Shown here: positions 1 to 8,300 of the stretch, in pieces
Layout of the letters: each line of letters begins with the position of its first letter
Position numbering within the stretch: position 1 is the first letter of the stretch
DNA from: a virus
Lineage: Duplodnaviria; Caudoviricetes
Length of the DNA stretch: 64,000 nt
Reading direction: 5' to 3' (one strand)
Virus record (IMG/VR): IMGVR_UViG_2775507097_000001
Span: 29,192-93,191 of that record
Notes under the pieces: model-generated
The model's database searches: none
Told to the model about the DNA's origin: nothing
What the model saw: only the letters and a program-made list of their open reading frames with translations
Position numbers and translations under genes: made by a program

Positions 1-364
1 GGCCCGCTTCGGGGTGGTCCATGGCGCCGCCGATGACCTGCCCGCCGAGACGCTCGACGCCGTCGATGTAGGCGGGGCCGCTGGGGGCGGTCTGCGGCGC
101 GACGGCGCTCTCGAGTCCGGGAGCGGGAGCGCGGACGGTGAACGGGGCGGCGTCGACGGGCTGGTACCAGTCGAGGTCGCCGCCCTCCTCGTCGGGACGG
201 AGGACGAAGAACGCGCCGTCCTGCCGCGGGTGTTCCTTGACGAACCGCGGCACGTCCTCGAGACCAGCGAGGGCCCGCACGGTCTCGACGTGGTCCTGGT
301 CGACCTCGCCGCAGTAGGTGACGGTCTGGTCGGGGTGGACGATCGCGGCGTGGAATGTGGTCAT
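1..364 (-). CDS. Probable endolysin (amidase-type), 5' part only; runs off the window edge
   Basis: Not in the ORF track. Read manually from the ATG at 364, which overlaps the upstream TGA: MTTFHAAIVHPDQ...AYIDGVERLGGQVIGGAMDHP. The G-x-ERLG..IGGAMD stretch resembles the start of Streptomyces phage amidases, and the gene follows the tail genes. Confidence 0.55.
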   Translation of the reverse strand, partial: MTTFHAAIVHPDQTVTYCGEVDQDHVETVRALAGLEDVPRFVKEHPRQDGAFFVLRPDEEGGDLDWYQPVDAAPFTVRAPAPGLESAVAPQTAPSGPAYIDGVERLGGQVIGGAMDHPEAG

Positions 365-1311
365 CACAGCCCCTTCGTGATGGTGGGGACGTTGTTGTCG
401 TGCGCCCACTCGTTCACCAGCGCCACGACCTGAACCAGTCGAGGATCCGCAGAAGGAGTGGGCGACGGAGGAGGGGAAGGAACCGGCGTGGGCGCCGGCG
501 GTACCACGGCAGGGAACGGCTTGCCGGTGAGAGCGGTGTAGTCCGCGGCGAGCGCCGCCAGGTCGACGCCGGCCAGGAACGCCGGATGCGTCAGGTGCTC
601 AGGGAAGATGACGACCCAGGCCTCCTCGACCTTGCGCCGCCAGTAGGCGTCGGTGAACGACGTCTCTTCGGCCCATGTGATGAACCGTTCATCCCCGCCG
701 AGTGGACCCGGGCCGGCCGCGCCGTAGCCGCCAGTGATGACGGAGTGGCCGCCGTCGTCCGGGCTGGATCGGTGGTAGTCCCAGGGCTTCCCGCTGTCGA
801 AGTCGGTCATGTTGGCGGCCTGGACGACGATGCCGGTCCACACGAATCCGAAGATCGCGATGGCGGCCTTGACCTCGTCGGGGCTGGACGGGTCGACCTT
901 GGCGAACGCGAGAGCCTTCTTCCCGTCCGGGCCGCCGTGCTTGACGAGGTACTCGAGGAGGGTCTGGATGTCCATGCCGTTGTCGTGCGACGAGCCCGGC
1001 CCGTTGGTCTCGGCGGTGCCGTTCGGGTCGAAGCCCGGGTTTTGCGTCTTGTAGACGGCCCAGACCTCGTCCTGCGTCGGGTAGTACTCGGCGCCGAGGA
1101 TGAAGGTGAGCAGGCGGCGGACGTTGGCCCACGTGACCGCGACACAGTCACCGGCAACGTCGTTGCCGCGCATCTCCCAGGCGGCGAGCCGCGCAAGGTA
1201 GTCGGCTGCGGCCGGGTGCGCAGGGACCTTGCCGGTGAAGAGCCGGGCGAACTTGAGGGCCGGGGCCTGTTTCGGGGCGCGGCGGCCGTACTTGCGGATG
1301 GTGCTGGTCAA
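364..1311 (-). CDS. Papain-like (C1-type) cysteine peptidase in the lysis region
   Basis: GND..GDCV (candidate catalytic Cys), GGHSV..GGY (His), downstream ITW, then a Pro-rich linker and short C-terminal tail. Confidence 0.6.
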   Translation of the reverse strand: MTSTIRKYGRRAPKQAPALKFARLFTGKVPAHPAAADYLARLAAWEMRGNDVAGDCVAVTWANVRRLLTFILGAEYYPTQDEVWAVYKTQNPGFDPNGTAETNGPGSSHDNGMDIQTLLEYLVKHGGPDGKKALAFAKVDPSSPDEVKAAIAIFGFVWTGIVVQAANMTDFDSGKPWDYHRSSPDDGGHSVITGGYGAAGPGPLGGDERFITWAEETSFTDAYWRRKVEEAWVVIFPEHLTHPAFLAGVDLAALAADYTALTGKPFPAVVPPAPTPVPSPPPSPTPSADPRLVQVVALVNEWAHDNNVPTITKGL

Positions 1312-1314
1312 CGA

Positions 1315-1356
1315 GCCCTCCAGGGCATAAAAAAGGCCCGGCCGGAGGGCACGGGC
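1315..1356 (-). terminator. Intrinsic terminator followed by an RBS-containing hairpin
   Basis: Minus strand reads GCCCG...CGGGC-CTTTTTT-ATGCCCTGGAGGGC. Confidence 0.7.
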
Positions 1357-1375
1357 GTCGACGTGGCGCGGCTGG

Positions 1376-1585
1376 TCAGGAGACTTCGGGCTGCGGGTCC
1401 AGCAGCACTGCGGAGACGAGCGTCATGAGCTGCCTGCACAGGCCGCACTCGGCGAAGACTGTGCCGACGTTGGAGTAGCAGGGGTTGACCTCGAACTGCT
1501 TGCCGCTGTTCGGGCACGCCTCGTTGTCGTCGCGGGCGGTGACGTCGTAGTACAGGCCGGGTTCGAAAACGGGGGGCGTGCTCAT
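1376..1585 (-). CDS. Small Cys-containing tail-associated hypothetical protein
   Basis: MSTPPVFEPGLYY...CGLC. ATG at 1585 overlaps the upstream stop; this is the real 3' part of track ORF 1376..2515. Confidence 0.7.
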   Translation of the reverse strand: MSTPPVFEPGLYYDVTARDDNEACPNSGKQFEVNPCYSNVGTVFAECGLCRQLMTLVSAVLLDPQPEVS

Positions 1586-2322
1586 ATCCCCATCACCATC
1601 CAGCTGATTCCGGTCGATGTGTTGTTCGTGCGGGTCAGCCACACCGTGAGGCCGGTCGCGGAGACGTTGGTGACGCCGACTCCGGTGACCTGGGTGCCGG
1701 GCAGCGACGTCTGCGCTGTGGCGAATGCGGTGAAGGTGGAACCCATGAGGTTCAGGCCGGTGACGTTGAAAGACGTCGGCACGCCCGGGGACGGCGTGAT
1801 GTTGATCGTGCCGTAGGCGATGTTTGCCGCGGTCAGCACGCCCAAGACGTCCATGTTGCACTGGTTGCTGTCCTCTGCCTGGACGTACACGTAGGGGTGG
1901 CCGCCCTCGAACGTGGACTCGAGCGTGAGCATGGCCCGGTGTGCGGTCGACGCGACGTTGCCCGATGTCAGGATGAGATCCGTGTACTGGAACGCGTCCG
2001 AGTCGTAGGTGATCCCGGCCGGGACCGCGACCTGGCCGTCCTCGACGGGCCGGAACTGCAGTTGCCCGCTGCTCAGATACCCGCTCATGTTGATCGGGTC
2101 CTGTAGGCCGCGCGTCCATAGACCGCCACCGCCGTTGCCGGCGTCCGGGCCCAGTTCCGCCAGCAGGGTCGTGCCATCGTCCGCGTACACGCGCAGGGTG
2201 CCGACGGACGCGGCCGTCATGCGGCGTGCGGCCCGCATCTCCCTCACCTCGCGCTCGAGGGAGGCAAGGCGTCGGGCCAGTGAGGTGGCGTCCGGCGGGA
2301 GTTGGTCGAGTTGCCGGGGCAT
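1582..2322 (-). CDS. Minor tail protein
   Basis: N-terminal coiled coil (LARRLASLEREVRE) and beta-rich C-terminus; lies in the tail-tip cluster. Confidence 0.75.
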   Translation of the reverse strand: MPRQLDQLPPDATSLARRLASLEREVREMRAARRMTAASVGTLRVYADDGTTLLAELGPDAGNGGGGLWTRGLQDPINMSGYLSSGQLQFRPVEDGQVAVPAGITYDSDAFQYTDLILTSGNVASTAHRAMLTLESTFEGGHPYVYVQAEDSNQCNMDVLGVLTAANIAYGTINITPSPGVPTSFNVTGLNLMGSTFTAFATAQTSLPGTQVTGVGVTNVSATGLTVWLTRTNNTSTGISWMVMGI

Positions 2323-3408
2323 TCAGCTCTCCTCTACCAGGATCGGGCGGATGCGGTCGGCGCCCGGGTCGAGCTCCCACGACCAGCAGCGGGCGACCAC
2401 GTTGGCGCCTTGCGGGTGCCGCGGTGAGCGTTCGACGGCCATGCGGACGGTGTCGCCGAGCGCCCAGTCCCGGTTGAGGCGTGGGGCGCGGGAGGCGACG
2501 GCCTCGATGGACCACACCTGGGCGCCCTGTTGCATGAGCGTCAGCGACTGCGCGGCGTGGGCGTTCAGCTGGTCCGGGTCGGTGACGCCGGTTGCGGGGG
2601 TGTAGCGGTATTCCCAGCGGGGCCAGCCTGCGGCGATGAGCGCGGTCGCCTCGTGCGGGCTGGACGTGAGCCGGGACGACCCCTCGCCCTCACCACGGGC
2701 GAGAACGACGGTGGCGCCTTTGCCCTGTTCGTAGGACTCGGCGAGGGTGTACGAGTCGACGCAGCCCGGAAAGTCGAAGGTCGCTTCCGGCGTAGTTGTT
2801 TGGCTGCCGATGGCCGGGCGGACGCGCAGCGGGAACTGGAACCCCGAGTGGCTGCCGTTCCAGACGACGTCGACGGTCCACTCGGGGCCGCCGTCCAAGG
2901 CCATGAGCTCTTTGAGGCAGGAGAGGATCGACTTGTCGTCGCCGTCCTCGGTCAGGTAGGTCATGGTGACGCCCGTGTTCGGCGCGTCGATGACGATCGG
3001 CGGCCCGTTGGTGAGGGCGGGGGTGACGAGGGCAGAGATGACCGCTGCCTGGTCGGTGCCGATGAGGGTCTGCGTTCCCGGGTAGCGGCCGTCGAGGTAA
3101 GCCTCGAGGGTGATGGCCCCCAGGGACAGGGTCTGCGGGCTGCCACCGCCCCGGGTCAGTACCGCGCCCGCCCAGAGCGGCGTGTCAGTAGCTGTGTCGA
3201 CGGCCACCAGCGCGGACTGGCCCGGCGTGGTCGCTTCGGTCCAGCCGCTCGGAGCGCCAGCCAGGTTGAGCTCGAACTGGAGCGTTGTCGAGTCGCCGAG
3301 TTTCCGTGTGAGCGCCCCAGTCGGCTTGAGGGAGGGGAGGTCCTCGATGATGCCGCCCGAGCCCAGGTCGCAGCCGTACCAGGCAAGTTGGTAGGGCGTC
3401 TCCGTCAT
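2323..3408 (-). CDS. Minor tail / tail-tip (hub-like) protein
   Basis: Starts MTETPYQLAW at the ATG overlapping the upstream stop; LGDTV..V motif; third gene after the tape measure. Confidence 0.8.
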   Translation of the reverse strand: MTETPYQLAWYGCDLGSGGIIEDLPSLKPTGALTRKLGDSTTLQFELNLAGAPSGWTEATTPGQSALVAVDTATDTPLWAGAVLTRGGGSPQTLSLGAITLEAYLDGRYPGTQTLIGTDQAAVISALVTPALTNGPPIVIDAPNTGVTMTYLTEDGDDKSILSCLKELMALDGGPEWTVDVVWNGSHSGFQFPLRVRPAIGSQTTTPEATFDFPGCVDSYTLAESYEQGKGATVVLARGEGEGSSRLTSSPHEATALIAAGWPRWEYRYTPATGVTDPDQLNAHAAQSLTLMQQGAQVWSIEAVASRAPRLNRDWALGDTVRMAVERSPRHPQGANVVARCWSWELDPGADRIRPILVEES

Positions 3409-4439
3409 CAGACGGACTCGTAGGAGCCGGTGATGCGGACCTGGCTGCCGTTGGCCATGGTCTCCGGCACGCCCTGGCTGTGGAAGGCGAGCCGGCAGTC
3501 GGTCTGTGAGGGCGGGAAGAATGTGCTGATGCTCGTCGCGGTCGGCGAGATCACGGTCTGTCCCGCCCACCGGTTCGTGCCGAGCAGCTGGGCGACGCCG
3601 ATCATGGAGGCGCCGAGGTTGGCGGCCGCGAAGGGCGGCATTGTCCAGTTGTAGTTGCCGGACCCGTATGTGGTGGTCGAGCCGCAGGTGAGGTTGATGT
3701 GGAAGATCACCTGGCGGCCGATCTTCTGGTAGCGGCCGGCCAGCGTCCCGTTCCCCACGGCCGGGTTGGTGGTGGAGCCGGTCCACACCGGCGTGTAGGA
3801 CGTCCAGGCGCCCGGCACCTTGTAGTAGGTGTCGTAGGAGGATCCGTTCCAGCGCAGCAGGTCGGTGCCGTTGTCGTAGAACTGGCCGATGTACGGAGTC
3901 GAGGGCGCGGTCGCGGTGGGCAGGATGCCGCCCGGTGCCACGGTGTTGGGGCGGACCGCGGTCGACACGGAGGCGGTGCCGCCGTTCGACACGGACAGCA
4001 CGCTGATCGTGGCCAGCGGCATGTAGATCTGCGTGCCCGCCGGGGTCGGCGCGACCGGGGAGGCGGACGGGGTTCCCGCCAGGTAGACGATGTCGCCCTT
4101 GGCCAGGCCGGACGCGTCGACGGAGTTGTCCCACACCCTCAGATAGACCAAGTCCACCCTGTTCAGGGTGGCGTGGGCTGCCGTGTACGTGCCCGGGGAC
4201 ACCGTGGACGGGAACGCCACCCGGTAGACGCCTTGCCCGCTGAAGGCGACCGCGGCCACGCCCGCGCTGCAGTTGATGGTCGTACCGGCCAGCGTGACCG
4301 TCAGGCCCGGGTCGCCAGGCCGGACGCCGGACCGGGAGCCGAGGGCGGTCCCGTCGGTCATGATCTGCATGGCCTCGACGTTGCGGGCCTCCAGGCCCGA
4401 GAAGGTCAGCGAGTCGATCGCCCATACGTCTACTGGCAT
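3408..4439 (-). CDS. Minor tail protein
   Basis: RVDLVYLRVWD...YLAGTP motif typical of actinophage minor tail proteins; Thr/Gly-rich beta C-terminus. Confidence 0.8.
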   Translation of the reverse strand: MPVDVWAIDSLTFSGLEARNVEAMQIMTDGTALGSRSGVRPGDPGLTVTLAGTTINCSAGVAAVAFSGQGVYRVAFPSTVSPGTYTAAHATLNRVDLVYLRVWDNSVDASGLAKGDIVYLAGTPSASPVAPTPAGTQIYMPLATISVLSVSNGGTASVSTAVRPNTVAPGGILPTATAPSTPYIGQFYDNGTDLLRWNGSSYDTYYKVPGAWTSYTPVWTGSTTNPAVGNGTLAGRYQKIGRQVIFHINLTCGSTTTYGSGNYNWTMPPFAAANLGASMIGVAQLLGTNRWAGQTVISPTATSISTFFPPSQTDCRLAFHSQGVPETMANGSQVRITGSYESV

Positions 4440-4449
4440 GTCTGCCTCC

Positions 4450-5322
4450 TCACATCCAGGCCGAACGCCATGTGGCGGTCAGCATCGCGCTGGCGTTGTA
4501 GGTGCCCGACTGGAACTGGTAATTGACGGCCGAGCCGGCGGGGATCGTGGGCCAGCCGGACGCGACGGTCATGAAACGGCGACGGGAAACGCCGCCGTTG
4601 AGGACCACGGTGTGCGCGTCGGTGTCGATGACGAGGACATCGCCGCTGGCCAGATCCAGCGAGTAGACGAGCTGTCGCACCGTGCCGTCCGGATAGAGAG
4701 CGGACACGGTCGGCGCGACGACGGGCCCGGCGATCGTCAGGACCGGGCGGGTGTCCATGGAGCCGATGTTGATGGCGTTGATCTGCCCGGACACCGTCGT
4801 CGCCGAGAATGCGGCTGGGAACGTCACCGGGAAGGTCAAGCCACCCGTTGTGGTCGGCAGGCCCGTCGTGCCGGACTGCAGGGTCGTGCTGTAGCGCCGC
4901 GGATCCGCGGCCGTCACCAGCACGCTGTAGGTGGCGATCCGGTCCGTGACATAGGCCATCAGAGGCTTGCCGGACCGCCGGACCGTCGCCTGCTTCGGCC
5001 CCGTCAGCTCGTACACCACCAGCGTGGTGTCGCCCAGGGCGGCTGCCGTCCGCAGCCTCTCCAGGGCGTCCTCGAGCGTCGTCCGGTCCGGTGCCGTGAC
5101 CGTGCCGGCCAGCGTCATCGGGCGGGAGCCGAGATAGGTAGGCGACGCCCACGCCCCGTGGTCGGCTTCCCTCTCGGTGTATTCGGACCGGACCTCGGCG
5201 CTGTCCCAGCCGTCGAAGGACTGCAGGGACCAGGCGACCCCGTTCGCGTCCACCCCGCCGAGCGGGATGGCGCCGAGGTCGACCCGTAGTCCGCCGAGAT
5301 CCTGTCCTGCAGTGAACGGCAC
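4450..5322 (-). CDS. Distal tail protein (Dit-like)
   Basis: Immediately after the tape measure; DGW...R.MTLAG, AADPRRY and C-terminal WRSAW motifs. Confidence 0.85.
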   Translation of the reverse strand: MPFTAGQDLGGLRVDLGAIPLGGVDANGVAWSLQSFDGWDSAEVRSEYTEREADHGAWASPTYLGSRPMTLAGTVTAPDRTTLEDALERLRTAAALGDTTLVVYELTGPKQATVRRSGKPLMAYVTDRIATYSVLVTAADPRRYSTTLQSGTTGLPTTTGGLTFPVTFPAAFSATTVSGQINAINIGSMDTRPVLTIAGPVVAPTVSALYPDGTVRQLVYSLDLASGDVLVIDTDAHTVVLNGGVSRRRFMTVASGWPTIPAGSAVNYQFQSGTYNASAMLTATWRSAWM

Positions 5323-5335
5323 CGCGCCCCCTTCC

Positions 5336-8300
5336 TCAGCCGACGAAATTCATGTGCCGGGCAATGTCGGCGGCCTGTTCGGCGCTGGTCTGCTTGGCGC
5401 CATTGAGGGTGATGTTGGTGACGCGGTCGCCGTGCCCTCCGCCCCACGGGGTGCCGTAGTCGTTGCTGGCGTACCGGCTGGCCGGGACCAGGTGGTAGCC
5501 GAGCGCCGCCGCGGAGGCGGCCAGCAGCGCCCTGCTGCGGGCGGTCCGAGTGAGCGGGATGAACGCCTCCGGCCCCGCCTCCCCGGCCAGAACCGGGGTG
5601 GCCCGGCTGAGGATCCCGCCCAGTGCCATGGCCTTCCCGCCCTGGGACACCCACTGCCGGACGAAGACGTCCTTGTTCGGTGCCGGGAGCGCGCCGATCG
5701 CGCCGGTCATCTTCGGGACCAACGCCTTGATGACGTCGGTGCCCAGGCCTGCGGCGATGAGATCGGCGTAGCCGCGCCCGGTGCCGCCGCGCAGCGTGGA
5801 CAGCAGGATCAGGCTGTTGGTGAGGTCGTCACCGGTGAGCGTGCCCTCAGCCTTGCCGACCGCCTGGTTCGCCTTGGCGGCCTGCGTCTTGCTGCCGACC
5901 GCCTGGTGAGCGAGCGTCTGCGCGTTGGAGTCGCCCTGCGCGGCGAGCGCGGACGCCAGATCCCCGAACCCTTGCGAGGCCAGCGTCTGGAGATCCTTGG
6001 CGAACTGCTGGTTCGTGGTCGTCGCCGCGCCGAGCTGCTTGGTGAAGTCCTGCAGCGTGGCCTTGGCCACGTCCCCGGTTTTCTGGAGCTTCTTGACGAT
6101 GTCGTTGAACTGCTTGTTCGAGGCTCCGGCCAGCGAGTTGACGAGGGCGTAGCCGTCCTCGCCCATCCCTTCGAGCATCGACTCAACCTCGGCGCCGCCC
6201 CGCTTGCTGATCTTTGCGAGGTTGCCGCGCCACTTGTCCGTCGCCGCGACGCTCTTGTTGAGCTGCGTCTCGTAGGCCTTGAGGTCGAAGCCGGTGGGGG
6301 CCTTCGCCCCCTTCTTCACGCCAAGGGCCGCGTCTGCTTTGTTCACACCCGCGCGGTCAGCCGAGACCGTCTTGTCGGCAGACTTCTTCGCCGACCTGGC
6401 CTTGTCGACCCGCGACTGGGCGGCCCGCAACTGGGCCGCCGTGTGGTGACCGTGACGTACCCGGGACAGGTTCTTCTCGGCGTTGCTGAGGTCGTCGGCC
6501 TTCTTCTTCGCGTCCTTCAGCGCCGAGTTGAGCTTGTCCCATGCCGCCTTCAGGGCGTCGACGGCCTTGTCGTAGCGCGTCTTCGGATCCGACGGGCCGC
6601 CCAGCACTGCCTGCCCGGTCGGCGTGTAGGTGAAGCCGGCGAGCCCTCCGCCCGCGAACCGCTTGGCGTTGAGGCGGTCGAACATGTGGGTGCCGTACTT
6701 GCGGACGGCGTCTGCCTTGATGACGTACTCGCCGTTGGAGACGAGCGCCGGGATGCTGTCCGAGGTACCCGTGCCGGGGCCTACAACCCGGCCGCCGAAC
6801 GGCATGTACTGGATGGCACCGCCATCCGCGTAGCCCCGCACGAGGCCGCCGCGCGCGTACTTGCCGCCCTCATGGGCGACCGTGCCATGATCCGTGTGCG
6901 TCGTCACGACGTTGACGGAAACGGTCTTGCCATGGACACCGTCGATGTAGCCCTGGATGGTGGCCGCAGCCGAGCTCGGACCGCCCGTCGGCAGGGTGAT
7001 CGTGACCTGCTTGCCGTGCGTCCGCGAGATGTGGAACCCGAGCGACGAGAGCGCCTCCTCGGCCACCTTGGTCAAGGCTCCGACCGTGACGGTCTTCCCC
7101 TTGGTACCGGCGACCTTGCGCCGTACTGCGTCCAGATCCGTGAGCGCCTTGGAAGTTGCAGCACTGACCGGCAGCTTCTTCCCCGGCAACTTCTTCGCGA
7201 GCAGCGCGTCAAGAGCGGCAGCAGCCTTGTCGGTCGGCGCCGTGATCTCCATCTGCCGGCCGCCGGGCAGCGTCTTGACCTTGAAGCCGACCGACTCGAT
7301 GTCCTTCTTGGCCTCGGTGGTCAGCGCCGACACCCGGATCGTGGAGCCCTTCGGCATGTGCCCGGCAAGACCCTGGACGTACAGCAGCTGCTTCTGCGTG
7401 TCCGACAGACCCGGCGTCGACATCGTGATCGCCAGCGACGACGGGATGAACCCCATCTGCATGGCCAGGACCTTCGCCTGGTCGGCGGTGAGCCCGAACT
7501 TCTGCCCGGCCCTGACTGCGGCCTTCCACGACTTCTCCATGGCGCCCTCGGCCTGCTGCAGCGCCGGAACGACATCGGTCTTGTTGGCCCTCGCGTAGTC
7601 GTAGGTGGCCTGGGCCGCGCCGGCCGTCTGCTCGTTGAGGCCCTGCAGCTTGGTCCACAGGGACTGCCCGTTCTCACTCGTCGTGTTCAGGCTGCCGTCG
7701 ACCTGCAGAAGAGCCTTGCCGTAGCCCTTCGCGTGGTCGACGCCGTCCTTGTAGCTGCCGTTGAGATCAAGCAGCGCCTGATTCATGACCGCGACCGCCG
7801 CCTGCACGTCCAGCTCGCCGCCCGACAGCAGATCGAGAGCAGTGTGCAGAGCGCGCGCCTTCGTGTCCGCATCCGATGCGGAGTCCCCGAGCGTCTTGAT
7901 CGCGCCCTGCAGCCGCCCCGTCGGATCGGTGGCATCCAGAGCCGCAGCGCCAGACCCCTTGACCGCGTCGGCCAAGTCCTTCTGCTTCGTGCGAGCCGCG
8001 TCGAACTCCCCGGAGAGAGAACCGAGCGCATCAGCGGCGTTCTTGTAGACCTGCCCCTGCGGCGTGTACACCTTGCCGGCCGTCCGGCCTGCGTTCACAA
8101 ACTTCGTGTTCTCCTCGGCGGCAGCGGATAGCCGCTTGCGCAGCCCATCAACCGATGTGCCCTGCCCGAGGTAGGCGTCCGTGAGCTGGGTGGCGTTGAT
8201 GCCCGCGCGGTGCATGACGTCCAGCAGTTGCGTCTTGCCGTCCTTCAGCTTTGTGTCCGCCAGGGTCTGCACGGCCGCAGCGCGAACGCTGCCGTCTGCC

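Noticed and set aside
2323-4425. 700-aa ORF as listed in the track (also the extended versions of 11275, 13796, 23549, 26969 and 54911)
   Set aside because: The upstream parts overlap real genes in another frame; starts were reassigned to coupled or RBS-supported codons.
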